Positions 26,000 through 39,198 of a stretch of 64,000 bases of DNA are shown here, in pieces. The notes beneath the pieces are model-generated. The model saw nothing but the letters and a program-made list of their open reading frames with translations. It did not search any database and had not been told where the DNA came from. Made by a program: the position numbers and the translations under genes. Origin of the DNA: Epiperipatus broadwayi (taxonomy: Eukaryota; Animalia; Onychophora); NCBI GenBank assembly GCA_028023455.1, contig JAQFVV010000007.1, positions 16,058,001 to 16,122,000 on the forward strand, read 5' to 3'. How positions within the stretch are numbered: the first letter of the stretch is position 1; the number at the start of each line of letters is the position of its first letter.

Positions 26000-26584
26000 T
26001 ACACTAAAATTCATGATAGAAAATATGGCACATGACTAACAAGATATCACATGGCCTTAGCTTAGACATTGCTCCTCATTAGTAAAATCTTCTCATTATT
26101 TTTATGTCATCTAGTGTCAGTTTCAGTAATCAGTAGGTACAAGATGTTAGTACTTTCATAAACATTTTTTTAATATTGTCATATATATCCCCAAACTAGT
26201 TTCTAACTTATGGCTTGTTGGTCATGTGATATTTTATTTTTTATACTGATTCTGGCCAAAGAATAAAGGTATTTAGGGTTATTATAGTCACCAGAATGTA
26301 TAGACACTGGACCACATTTATATCTATATAACTATGAAGCAAATAAGCATGCATTGAAAAAATCAACAGGTTTTTCAATTTAGGCTCACACTTTGATAAT
26401 GTAACAAAAAGTAAAATTTGGCTATTAGAGGAAAGGTCCATCAGATGCAAAAGATTCAAGTGTATTACTGGTCAGACATACAAAAGATCTTCACTCATGA
26501 AAGCCATAAGCTAAATACTAGTTTGGGGGGTATTTGGATAAGGCAGTCCTGGATAAGGATTTCTCAAGTACTACCATCTGGCAT
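26000..26584. mobile_element. Family A head-to-head pair
   Basis: Minus copy ~26000-26230; plus copy ~26420-26584 (ctcatgaaagccataagctaaatactagtttgggggg), running into the tandem array. Confidence 0.65.
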
Positions 26585-26940
26585 CAGATGGCATAAAGGT
26601 AGTATGAATATGCTAATGGTTGGTATCTACTGATTACTAAAACTTACACTAGATGGCATAAAGGTAGAAAGAAAATGCTAATGGATGGTATTTAATTACT
26701 AAAACTTATATCAAATGGCATAAAGGTAGTAAGAAAATCATAATAGATGGCATCTACTGATTACTAAAACTTACACTAGATGGCATAAAGGTAGTAAGAA
26801 AATGCTAGTGGATGTCATCTGATTACTAAAACTTACACTAGATGGCATAAAGGGTAGTAAGAAAATGTTAATGGTTGACATCTACTGATTACTAAAATGT
26901 AAACTAGATGGTGTAAAGGTAATAAGAAAATGCTAATGGA
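26585..26940 (+). repeat. Tandem minisatellite, 6 units of ~62-66 bp, derived from the family A tail
   Basis: Unit gcatctactgattactaaaacttacactagatggcataaaggtagtaagaaaatgctaatggat; agatggcataaagg recurs at about 26587, 26651, 26713, 26778, 26840, 26906. Confidence 0.9.
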
Positions 26941-27799
26941 TAGAAAATATGCAGTTAAATGTAAAGTACATGCAGAAGTGCATATTTTCTATCGTGGCTT
27001 CACCTTTGGAAAGGAAGCTTTGCACAAAAAATGCATTAAAGCTATATTTAATGTATTTTTATATTTTCTCTATGCAAAAAGCATTAATACAACTGCATAT
27101 AGATGGCTACAATTTCAATGACATAATTTTTATACTTTTATTCAGAAATAATACATTTTATTTAATAATCCAATATAGCTTTTGTTATGATTGCATGTTA
27201 TTCTGCTTAAAATTGTAGAATATAGTAACAAGAACATTAAAAATAACCAGATGGTTTGTTTGCTTGGAAGGTCATAAGAAGTTTGAACACCAGAAATGAC
27301 AGTTTGGCCCCAATTTATAGATCCTGAGCATTAGAGTCTACTATTGTGCCCTTCAATCTGTGGAATTTTTAAAAGAAATATGATTAATATCTATAACTAT
27401 ATTGATTAATCAACACACACATGCACATACATAAATAAATAAGCTAGTCACCCCCCATATCAATGCATAATTATTTCATCACTGTACAATTTCATTCTAG
27501 AACTGAGATATCATTGGGTGACTCTCTTCCCCCATAATATTTCACACTAGTAAAAAGGATATCAGTTGAACCTGGAAATTAAAATCATTTCTCTCACCTT
27601 ATGATTTTATACCAGTAACAGATGTCACAGCAGGTGACCCTAGAAATTAACATGAACATTTTCTGACATATGTCTTTCTTATATTATTTATATATAAATG
27701 TGTGGTTTGTTATTGTAATATTTTTAGTGTGTAGTTTACTGGTAATGTAGCAGCAATTACTCGCAATGCCTCTTGTTGGTGCATTATATAATTATATAT

Positions 27800-28290
27800 T
27801 ACATAGACTTATTAACAATGCAAAGGATAAAATTGATCTCACCCAACCACCTCAGGTCATTTATAGTATGACCTGCCCTCAGCCCGGATGCCAGACCATA
27901 TATTATGGGGAGACAAAGACAACAATTAACAACAGAGCCACTCAACACAAGTACGCATATAAAAGGGCACAGAAGAACAATGACAACACTTCTACATTTC
28001 TTGAACATCTAAAAAAGACTGACCATGACTTTGTTCTCTCCAACTTCAAAATTGTATGTATAGAAACAAATGACTGTAAAAGAAAAATAAAAGAGACATA
28101 TTTTATCAACAGCAACAATAATGCAATAAACAGATATGACACCTGCTTCAATATTTCTAAAAAATGGACAAACTAACCCATTTGCATATAGTAAGTCTAA
28201 TACAAACAATACTGCAGTTTTCAATATGGCTATGATGATAAGGCATGGAACCTCGAAAGCACTCAGCCTTAACTGAGTGATTAATATTTT
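27800..28290 (+). mobile_element. Penelope-like element 3' end: GIY-YIG endonuclease plus terminal hammerhead motif
   Basis: ORF 27766-28176: VIYSMTCPQPGCQTIYYGETKTTINNRATQH...EHLKKTDHDF...KIVCIETNDCKRKIKETYFI; hammerhead-like motif about 50 nt after the stop. Confidence 0.9.
28228..28269 (+). ncRNA. Hammerhead motif at the Penelope terminus (degenerate)
   Basis: GGCU-AUGAUGA-U-AAGG-CAUGGAA-CCUC-GAAA-GCAC-UC-AGCC; stem I GGCU/AGCC. Confidence 0.65.
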
Positions 28291-28524
28291 TTAGGTGTAT
28301 AGCTTCTGCAACTTTCATATCGTATGTATTTCATAGATTATTACAGTTATTAAAATATTATATATGCATTAAAAAAGGGAAGTTTGCTATGTCTCTTGAA
28401 ATTTTATGAAAGAAGCTTCTTTGTCATTAGATTAAAAAAAAAGCCCAAATGGTTAACCTACCAATCTTGAAGCTATGTAGTATTGAGTCCCAAAAAGCAT
28501 TTCCAACAGTCCATATTTATTGTG

Positions 28525-28870
28525 TCATCATCATCATTATTTTAATCAATATTGTTCCATTTCAGGATAAAGACCTCTCCAAGTTCAATATATCTTCTCT
28601 GATCTCTAGATAATCTTCTCCACATCACTCCAGCACATTTCCTTCTTTTATCTATCCATCTCACACATAGTCTCTTTCTAAGTCTTTTACAAGTTTTTGT
28701 AACCTGGTTTAAGATTTCAATTGTTCATCTATTAACATCTGTTCAACAATATGTCACCAGTATATATTTTGTTTTTGATTTTTTCTTGTTATTCCTAACA
28801 ATTTTCATTGAATAGTTTATTATATATCTCTCCAAAATGTTCAAACATCTTTTGCATCCTTTCACATTTC
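28525..28870 (-). mobile_element. RTE-clade LINE 3' fragment
   Basis: Same 3' end and TGA tail as 21747. Confidence 0.75.
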
Positions 28871-30094
28871 CTAGACTTTTTAATAAGTTTATAATATGAC
28901 AAGTTTCAGGTTGAGTTTGAAACCATTAGTTTTTCAATACATTAGGCTATTGCCATATTAAATGGCATGACACAATGCTATTGATGTGAAATAATTTGGG
29001 TAATTTCTAACTATTTGTTAAAAGTTAATTTCTTACTAAAGAATCAACCCAAAGTATTGTAAATTCATTATAAATTATTTTAAAATATTACTATTTTAAC
29101 ACAAGGGTTTGAATCAGTCTTGTGGAATAGTGGTTTGTGTGGTCTGATTACTAGAACCAAAACCTGAGATTCCAATCTAGGTGAAACTTGGTAATTATTT
29201 TAGATAGATAAAGATTACTTAACTCATCCTAGATATCTGTTGAATACTCCAATTCAGTTAGCCCATTTCTAAATGATAAAACAAGAAAGGATGACAGTTA
29301 AGTCATCGCATGTTAGGAAGTAATTTGTTCCAGTAAGTACTGCTGCACCTGCATAAAGGGATAAAAACAGATTCCTGTTTTGAAGTAAACTGTTAAAATA
29401 ATCAAATGGTGTTCTGACATGATGTTCAAGCTTGAAGTGACCATTAAATTGCAATCCATGGATCCTTAGCCCTAGAATCTGACCTCTACCACTGCTTTAA
29501 TCTATCCAGAGCAAATAAACAGATTGTTTTAATTAAAAAATTTTGGTTTACAAGTATCGAATTAGAAGTTATATGCCCCTGTGAACAGAATTCTTTGTTT
29601 AAATCTTCCAGATGCAGAACCTTTAATTTTAAATTGATCACAATATACATTAATGACGACAGTTATGTAAGTAAATAAAAATATTGTTCAATCCTAACAA
29701 TGAAATAAATAAAATACAAATAGAAAATAATAGTTTAAATGTCCATTTTAATGGGTGGAAATTTTTTATAAAAATAATTTTTAAATCAAAATAAATCTGG
29801 GAAGTTAGTGATATTACACCTATGACTTTATGCTTTCTGTTATTCTATATTATTGATCTTACTATCTTCTACTGTAAGGAGCATTTGTCTGCAAAATTAC
29901 AAAAGTTTCTTTAATCATTCATTTGATGAATATTTTTTGTAAAACCAATAATTCTGAAGTTACTTTTGAATTATGATTTCTTAAAATCAATTGTCATATT
30001 TAGGAAAGAAATTTATCTTTAAATAAAAATATATTTTTGATAGTGCATATTGATCATGAAACATAAGTTAAACAAAATTGTTACAATTTGATTT

Positions 30095-30510
30095 ATGAGG
30101 GTCAAGCTTCCTGCATTCACTTCTTTGGTATCATTCATTTCACTAAAATACATTAATTATTATTATTAATTAGACTGGTGATTATCATATTATTTTTAGC
30201 CTGGCTATAAAATTTAAACTCCCATCTTTGCTTATAAGTTGAACTACAAGGGTCAAACTTTCTGCATGCACAACTTTGATATTGTCCATTTCAGATAAAT
30301 ACATTAATGTTTATTACCAATCATTTACGAGGCTAGAGATTATCATATCACTTATAGCCAAGATATAAACTTTAAATTGTCTTTAAACTTTCAACTCTCA
30401 CAAGTTTGATGCTATCCACTTCAGATACATACATTAATGATTATTACTAATCATTTATTAGACTAGAGATTATCATATTATTTCTATCCCTGATATAAAC
30501 TTTAAAACCA
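30095..30510. repeat. Diverged tandem repeat, ~3 units of ~145-150 bp
   Basis: ..atacattaat..ttatta..aatcattta..gactagagattatcatat..tataaactttaaa recurs three times. Confidence 0.75.
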
Positions 30511-31519
30511 ATTAAAGGTTATTAATGTAAAATTTAAATCCATTAAAATAAATACACACATTAATTCCAAAATATAACTCAAACAACAAAATATGATATA
30601 TAGATAAATATCAACAAATTATAAATTATCCGAACGTTTTCGAAGGCTATATCTATTGGGTTTTAATTAAATATAACATAGTGTTTCAAGAATATGTGAT
30701 AAAATTGAAGATTTAAATATATCTAAAAATATAAATTATGTTTTTATAAAGCAAGATAAATATATTTTTTCTAATAAAAGTGGATAAATACTGCTGTTAT
30801 CCAGTTATATTGAAAACAAATTCACAATATTTCTTAGATAATTTGGAAGTTATTTAAAAAAAAAAGATGTAGTTGATTTTTACTTATGGTTGAAACGGTC
30901 CCTGTCTCTTTACAATGTATATTTTTAGTTATTATTCTATTTATGTATTTAATGTTTGTATTATGTATGCTTGTGTTTCACAGATTTATTTGCGTAGTTA
31001 TCTTCAACGTTCATTTTAATTTTCATTCTTCTATATGAATTTCTTTTCCAGAATTAGGATAGCTATACTTATCAATAGCTTCCAATAATGATATTGATTT
31101 TATTCATACTTTTCATTTTATATAGTTGTGCATATATTATTATAAAATCTGTTTATTCTGCAACATTTCTAGGAAATAAAAAAAAATACCTTAAAATACA
31201 CTTTATGAATGTAGATCTATTGTATACCTATGTCAAGGGTTTGAAGATACTATAGGGCATTTCCTATTAGAATATCAACCTTTTATCACAGATATTATTT
31301 GCTTCCACTGCCAAACAATTACTCGTGTATGCAAAAACCTTTTTCCCAACATAAGATTCATCCCTTTATTTTTTCCATATTTTGATTCACAAAATATTTC
31401 CCAATCTTTAATCCTACATCTCATAATTGTAAAATATTTTTTCTAAAAAAAATGTCATATTAAATTAAAATGCCAAACCTCTTGCAACCAGAGAATATTT
31501 TTGCTACTACCTTGAGTTT

Positions 31520-31790
31520 GAACCATTAAAACATCACATGACCACTCTATTCTTATGCTTACACAAGTTGTTAACATGGTAACATTTTTTCCCACACAAA
31601 AGTACCACTCAGTGCAAGCTATAATCAGTAGATACTAGAAGGTCATGCATGTTAATTTTTTTCCAAACTAGTCAGGAGATGTAGGATTAATAGTCATCAG
31701 ATAGGAATTAAAATGCACAACCTTCTAGAATTTATTGATTACTATAGCTTCCACTAGGTGGCACTTCTGTGAAAAAATTTGCTACTGTTT
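31520..31790 (+). mobile_element. Family A repeat (core partly deleted)
   Basis: Leader aacatcacatgaccac.. as at 4978; tail with CCACTAGGTGGCAC at 31751-31764. Confidence 0.6.
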
Positions 31791-32568
31791 TTATTTTGAG
31801 TTTGGTCTTATTGACAACCTTATATCAACTTCTATATTTTTGTTTTAATTTGTTTTACTTATTGATATGTACCGCAAAAATTGATTATCCTTACAAAAGT
31901 AACCATTATTCAAAATACTAAGAAAACATATCATAACATTTGTATTATCACTTCCCCCCCCCCTTTTTTTTTTTCCCTTCCAAAGTCAAATTTTATTCAC
32001 ACTTAAAGCATAATATATAGGAAATCAGCAAATTACAAAACTAAGTTGAATACAGAGTATATAACATCCCAAAAATTATAATGATTAATCAAATAAATAC
32101 AATAGAAAAACAATCACTTTAGGCTGATCACACCTGTTTCAAGGAAACTGAATTAAAGTGTTACAAGAACTACAAGGTAACCATTAAATAATAAACTTCC
32201 CCCGCAACCAAGGCAGATGAACCTTAAATAGAGCATAACTGACAAATAAGCAAATGGGGCTCGATACATACTTAAAATTCATTATTACATTAGAATAAAT
32301 TGAGTATAAAGATGTAAAAGGATTACAGGAATCAGTCAATAACTGATAATATTCGTGCATTACTTTACAATAAGTATATATAACAGAAGTAAATACAATC
32401 AAATCAGTTCCCAAAATTTTAAGGTGAATATTAAATGGCAAAATCACCAAAGGCCAAGCAACAAAAAGGAAAAAGGAAACAGATAAATGAGTACCACTCA
32501 GACCGTAACCTGATCTGGTTCAAAGGAAAGGTATTTTTTGTTGTTGTTGAATTTTTCGCAATACATGT

Positions 32569-35483
32569 TGCCGTGTATTAACAAAATCTTTACTCCGAGT
32601 TATTATTTATAATACCATAATGCTTTATTTAAACACAAACTTCTACGGTACACTCTACTTTTAAAACTAATTAAACTACAAAAATATATACATGAAAATC
32701 TTTTATTTCTTTTAAAAGTTCACACCTTTACGATTTATCTTTCATTTTCAATTATCTCATTATTTCAATTCTCTTCCTCTCATTTCTACCAATCAAATTT
32801 ACTCCTAATTTCTCTTCCGACTTTTATCAATTTCTCTCACTACTCCTTTTCTCTATAATCCGTTTTATATTTTTATATTCCCATTTTAACAAACAAAATA
32901 TATTTAATTTACTTCTGAAATATTTCTTTTCTTTATCAAACACTTCACTTCCTCCCCTCATTTCAGAAGTCAAATATTTTCATTACACATATCTTTGAAT
33001 GTTCGTAATCTTCTATTTTTGTAGGCCTGTACTTATTCTTTTTTTCTTTTTTCCAATTTTTTTATAATTTTCTCTCTTCTCCTCTTCCTACTATTAATTC
33101 CACTCTCCTTGTGTCAAACTTCTTACCTCTTTTTCCAATCCCATTCATCTGACATTCTTTTTCTTTTTCTTTTTTTTTTTCTATATCTTTTTCTTTTTTT
33201 TCCCTTCTCTTCCTTATTCCTGAGACTTCTTTCTATTTTATTTTCGTATTATTCTCCTTTGGATATATTTTTCCCTATTTTTATTGTTTTTTTGTTGTGT
33301 TTTGTATATTTTTTTGTTTCTCATTTCCTTCTTTTCCCTATTGAGAGGAGATGGGGTGCACTTTTGTTTTCTTCCAATTTTTTGTGTCTGTACTAAAACG
33401 GGTACCATGAATAAAAATATTTTTAATTTGATGTCCCTCGTCTTTTGCTTCTATCACTGTTTCAGCAACAACATTTTCCCACCACTTGATCCCTTTTTGT
33501 TTTTGGTGTTGTTTTTATTGTTTCTCTCTTTTTTTGATTAACACGGAGAGCCATGCTTGTAGTTTTTAGTACCTCTGTGTTTGCTCCTTCAACCCCTTAT
33601 TATCCTTTTGCCCTTCACAATTTTTTTCTTCTCTCTTTATTTTTATACCCTTCTCCTTCACTTTATTTTACTTTTTTTTTAGTATTATTTCTTTCTCTTT
33701 CTTTATAGCCTTGTGTTTTATAAACCCGCTTGCGTTGCATCTTAACTGGCTATTTTCTGTCCCTATACCTAGGAGGGTTTATATTGATTAAAAGGTACGA
33801 CAAATGAGATATTTTTAGGCAAAAATAGAAACTTTTACTGACATATCTACGATTTTTAAAACCCCACCTTTTCCTAATTACTTCTATAATAAAGTTTTTT
33901 TTACCTTTTTTTCTTTCTAACAACGATATATGTTTAATTTTTTTTAAAATTCAAAAAATTAATAACTAAAAACTTGTTTATTTTTTTTACTTTCTATTTG
34001 AAAATCTAAAAATGTTCTTTTATTTTTTTTTTGTTTACCTTTTATTACATACTTTGATTTTGCTTTTATCGATAAATATTGCCCTATTCTGTAATGTGGT
34101 TTGTAAAATATTGGTTTCCAACGGTGCTTGATAAAGAAAGGGTTGGTTAAATTGGTGTTTTTTTACTTTTGGTGGGGGTTTAAACTAACTGCAAAAAAAT
34201 TTTATTGCTAGCAACACTGAATTGGAGCCTTTGGCTAAAAATTTTAATTTGTAATCCCCACAAATTACTCAACTTTCACGGGCCTTGGCTTTTCGTTACT
34301 TACTTTTCTGTTTTTTTTCTTTTTAAAGAATTTTTAATTTTTACTTTTCTGTTTGAAATTTTTCTGAAAGGTTTGAACTTTTTTAGTTGTTTTCCTTCTT
34401 ATTTATAATTTATTTTTATTTTTTTTTATATGTTTTTTGTTTGTATTTTTGATAAGAGATTATGTGACCTTCTATACTTTTCCATATATTTTTACTTTTT
34501 GTTGTGGTTTTTACTTCATTTCTTTTGTTTATTTGGTTTTTTGACTTTGTCTTCCCTATAACGTATATTTTTTTATGTCCAGCTTTTTTTTCAGTACCCT
34601 TCTTTTTCTATTCTTTTACTGCTCTGATTTTCATTACGAGTTAGCTTTCCCTTTCGTTTGCTTGTGTAGGTCAAATCTGTTCCATTAACTGATCTTCTTC
34701 CCCCATAACAACTGATCAGTAGGGTTTTGAACCTATGCTACTATTGTCTCCTTATATCGAACTCTTATTTTCACCCCTTCTTCTATTCCAAGGTTAATCA
34801 GCCATAACTAGTGGGCTAAATAGTTGGATAATTTTATAATATTTTCTATCTTTATCGTGTGGCCTTCATTAGTTTATGTACCTTCTTACTCGCAGGCATA
34901 AAAGGCTGCTACTTTTTTATTATTCTCCGTAATATTATTTAATTTAAAAAAATTTTCGAGTTGAGTGACGTATAACGGCCATTCACCCGCATTTCCGACG
35001 TCGAACTCCGAGATGCTTCCTTGTGCTAAAGACATTTTAACTTGTCCGTCCGTAGGTTCAACTTTTCACGGTGACTGCGCCAAGTTTTGCCGTGTATTAA
35101 CAAAATCTTTACTCCGAGTTATTATTTATAATACCATAATGCTTTATTTAAACACAAACTTTTAAAACTAATTAAACTACAAAAATATATACATGAAAAA
35201 GTCTTTTTATTTGCTGTGTGTCGAAAAGTTCACACCTTTACGGATTTAGCTGTTCATTGGTTCAATTATCTCACTATTTCAATTCGTCTGTTCCTCTGCA
35301 TTTCTACCAATCAAATTGTACTCCTAATTTCTCTGTGGTCCGACTTGTTATCAATTTCTCTCGACGTACTCCTTTGTCTTCTATAATCCGTTTTATATTT
35401 TTATATTCCGCCATTTTAACAAACAAAATATATGTTGTAATTTCACTTCTGAAATATTTCTTTTTCTTTTATCAAACACTTCA
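32569..35483 (-). mobile_element. Short (2.9 kb) Gypsy/Mag-like LTR element with 5-bp TSD, in AGXT intron 2/3 region
   Basis: LTRs 35088-35483 and 32569-32947 (TG...CA); TSD CATGT at 32564-32568 and 35484-35488; PBS TGGCGCAGTC 35073-35082; PPT GAGGGGAGGAA 32949-32959; gag start at 35035 MSLAQGSISEFDVGNAGEWPLYVTQLENFFKLNNITENNKKVAAF; RT remnant ICGDYK near 34260. Confidence 0.9.
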
Positions 35484-35844
35484 CATGTAAACAGTTTTAC
35501 ACTCAGCTTTGTTATAATCACACACGATCGTATGTTATAGACCTCTTAATATATAAAATGGAACTATAAATCATTTTACTCAAGTAAAAATTACTTAAAA
35601 ACACACTGCTTTTTATTTAAAATAAACGAAAACTAACAATAATAGCAAGCATAATTTTAATTTTATTTGTTTTGTTTATACTTGATAATATTTTAATGAA
35701 CTTTTTATTTAAGGTGGTGACGTTCAAAAAATTATTAAAAGCGTTGGAGAAAACTTCACACTTAAAGAAATAACTCGGGTAATTTTTTTTTATTTTCACT
35801 TACTTATTTTATCTTTAGATAACGTTAACTGTTTTTTAATGTAA

Positions 35845-35890
35845 ATGAGTTGATCAGGAAGTGAACCTAACCGCTAGGCCACCAACGCTT
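35845..35890 (-). mobile_element. tRNA-derived SINE head fragment
   Basis: Minus strand gcgttggtggcctagcggttagg (A-box). Confidence 0.45.
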
Positions 35891-36012
35891 GTCAGATAAT
35901 GTTTACTTGCATGCCATATCTTTTAAATTTGCAACAGTGAAGTGTTTTTAATGTATTTTTATACAAAATATCTTAGATAAAGGTGAAGTTTATTAAATCT
36001 GCCTCTATATTA

Positions 36013-37200
36013 ATGTGATGTGATGCACTGTAACTTCTCCTTATACGGAGTCAGGAATTTCTCAACAACTATGCCCAGCGAAATCTGTTAGCCACTTTAT
36101 CTTCCCCTTCTATTCTCCACCTTAAGTTTTCCCACAATCTGCTCCATCCCATTTTCACAACATAATTGTTTTCAATTCCATGACCTCAGATCTAAATCTC
36201 CCTTAGCTTTTCCCAAACCTAGCATAAAAACCAATAACTCACTTTTTATATAATTATTTTGTTCATATTTAATCTTGCATAACTTCATTATTTGTACCCT
36301 TTCTGCCTCCAAGCATTGAAGTAACAGATGCCTAATATTTTCTATGTCTTCCTTACACAACTTGCAGACTAAATCACTCATATTTTTCCATTTACGTGTA
36401 TATTCCCTTGTTGCTAAAGATCCCATTCGAGCCTTAAACAATAAACTACTGTCCTTACTATTTTTATAAAATAACTCGCACCCAATGTTCTGTTTACTTC
36501 TATATATATTTAAACTCATTTTACTTTCCATACTAGTTCTCCATCTCTCCAACTCCCTATTCTTTATTAATGCATCTATTCTTTTATCCCACTTCTTACC
36601 ATTATGACACTCAACAATCCTCCTAACACAATCATCCCACCTTTTGTACAAGTATACTGACATAAATTCTTTATCCAAATCTTTTGCATACCGCATTACC
36701 TTTCTCACCCATCTTGTTGCCTGCCCTTTACTTGTAACCCAATTAAATACTGTTTTGGCTATTCTTTTATTATCCATAAATGGCAATCTACCGAACATTT
36801 TCAATTTGCTTTTTGCATCCCTCATATAAAAACTTGACCATCCCATTTCTCCTTGAATTGCCTCTTTTGCTATCCACACCTCTGCATCTATTGCATGTCT
36901 TCCTACTTCCCTTTATACTTTTTCTAAATAATCTAATACCCCTTTACTAACACATAACACATCTTTGCTGTATGTTAACCCTGATACTGCCATTCCCTTC
37001 CATACAATTCTAGCTATATCATATTTATTATATGAAAACACTGTTAATTTCTTTATCAATCCCTTTCTTTTCTTTGCTCCATTTATCAATTTTTTCTCCC
37101 ATTCATCCAAGCAATTTTTCTTATTACTCAAGATGATTCCCAAATAACTGTATCTATTCACCACGTTTAACTTTATATCTTCCAATACGAAATCTTTGTC
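36013..37200 (-). mobile_element. RTE-X/L2-like LINE 3' portion (post-RT domain plus CCHC finger)
   Basis: ORFs 36913-37185 (YSYLGIIL) and 36172-36879 (EAIQGEMGWSSF..CKLCKEDIENIRHLLLQC); CATCA-type tail. Clade assignment tentative. Confidence 0.82.
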
Positions 37201-37304
37201 TTCTCTTTCCCCAGTATAATAAAGAATAGAGTTCTAAAGGCTCCACCTAATATATATTTTATTCCTGAGAGAAAAATAAATTAAAAAAAATTTGCAACAT
37301 AACT

Positions 37305-37380
37305 GTGTGGTGACCTAGTGGTTAGCATAGCTGTATTCCAAGCAGCGGGCTTGAGTTTGCTTCCCAGTCAATGCTTTGAC
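37305..37380 (+). mobile_element. tRNA-derived SINE head (degenerate)
   Basis: TGACCTAGTGGTTAG A-box-like; GAGTTTGCTTCC B-box-like. Confidence 0.5.
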
Positions 37381-37489
37381 ACACACACGCACACATATAT
37401 AAACATGATTGTAAATATATTTAAACTTTATTAAAATTTAGAATCTATTTCTAAAATTAAAGAAATATAATAATTTCTAACTTTTAAAA

Positions 37490-38230
37490 GTCATTAATGT
37501 GGATAGAATAAAGGCCTTGTTGATGGGAAGAGATTTAAGATGATTATAGATGAAACTTGGGGATAAGGTAATTAAGAAGGTGATTAGATTAAAATATTTG
37601 GAAGTTAGGAAGTTTAGATGAAAGAAATAAAAATAAGATTAAAAATAGAATAATAATGGCAAAGAAGGTATTTACTATGAAGAAAATATTCTGCAGTCTT
37701 TTCAAAAGAAAATTGATAAGGAGATTGGTCATGTACTATATGCTGAATGTATTATTATATGGTTGTAAGAGATGAACATTGAATAAAAAATAGATAGTGA
37801 AGGACATAAATAATAAATTCCATATCCAAAATAGATAGTGAAGGACATAAACAATAAATTCCATGTGCAACCTTTAATCATGGAATTAACTCTTTATTTA
37901 TAATTATTTTTTTACATTATTATTAAAACATTATAATTACGAAGTACATCTGTATAATTAGATATCATTATACTATAAATCAAGAGTTATAGGTTGAATG
38001 TATTGTTATATGGGTGTATGACATGGACATTGAATAAGAAAATTAGGGCTAGATTGTAGATCAAGTGCTACACTTTCAATGTATTGTTAAATGATTGGAA
38101 GACGCGAATACTGAATATGAAAATTAGAAATAGATTGAAGGCAGAGGTATATATTGAATGTATTGCATACAGAAGTAAGAATTCATAAAGAATGGATAAA
38201 TAATTGAGTTAATTGTGTGGATTGGTTTAG
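37490..38230 (+). mobile_element. Old RTE-like LINE remnants
   Basis: Decayed LKYL..EIKIRL..MAKKVF..LNVLLYGCKRWTLNK; interrupted by a ~41-bp tandem duplication at 37787-37868. Confidence 0.55.
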
Positions 38231-39099
38231 ACATATAGATAGCAATAAAAGTACTGTTTTTGTTAAAAAAGGGCAAACAGCTTGAAGCTAACATTGAAAA
38301 TCTATTCACATTACCAACTGGTATCACTTGTTGCAAGCAATTGTTAAGTGATTGTATTAACAAGACAGCTATGTCATGTCTCTGAAGTAGAAACTAATTT
38401 GAACTCAAGTAAGTAGTTAATATATTGTTTGCCTTTCTTTATATCTTTATAGGATTATAGCATTATGGCATAAAAATATCGAAATTGGTGTTTCTTCCAA
38501 AATCTCTGTAACTATCATCTTTGCAGAGCTGGTTCAAATTCTTTTACACTTTGAATAAATTGTTCTGTTGCTGCTTTATCACTCATTAAGAGTTTTATAT
38601 ATAATATGTAGATTATTTATTTTTTACAAATAATCCGTAACATTCTCCTAAATAAAGATGCTTTAATAACAGAAAACCCCTACTTCCAACTTTCATAATG
38701 TGAAAAGACAAGAACAGGTATCCACTCCAGTGCCATCTAGTGTAAGTCTGGGTAATCAATGAATACTAAACACATTTACATACCTGTATTCAGAGCAGTA
38801 TCTCACTTTAGTGAGGCTCAAGATTTAAAGTTGGAAGGAATGTAATTCTGCATCAAGAAACAAAGTTCCTGATATCTTCAATAAATATTGGGTTGCTGTA
38901 GTTTTTTAAGCTACTGACTTTGAAAATAATTTCCTTTTCATTTAGTCAACATGGTTGTTTCTCCACTGTAGAAAGTGTTAACAATCTTTAGTTTATTTAA
39001 TTAAATTGGTTTATTGTTCTTCATTTCCTTATTGAGTACTTTAACAGCAAATGACCTTTTTAGCATCTTATCATATAGTTACTAATACAATAAAAATAA

Positions 39100-39198
39100 C
39101 TGGTAAAATGAATATACTCACAGAAAAGCATGCTAGGCAGTAATAAAGCTAAATATTAAAAAAACTACTATTTCTGTGAGTATATGTATTTTACCAGA
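39100..39198. mobile_element. ~100-bp MITE-like hairpin
   Basis: ctggtaaaatgaatatactcacagaaa / tttctgtgagtatatgtattttaccag; the interior recurs at 17405-17470. Confidence 0.7.

Noticed and set aside
26585-26940. Regular ~64-bp periodicity resembling a CRISPR array
   Set aside because: Whole units repeat with no unique spacers, there are no cas genes, the context is a eukaryotic intron, and the unit derives from a dispersed repeat tail.
27548-27582. VKRISVEPGN as exon 3
   Set aside because: In-frame TAA follows immediately and there is no donor.
29879-29943. GAFVCKITK.. as AGXT exon 3
   Set aside because: The first residues resemble GARVHPMTK, but the acceptor is AAG, the second half is non-homologous and there is no phase-0 GT donor at a suitable distance.
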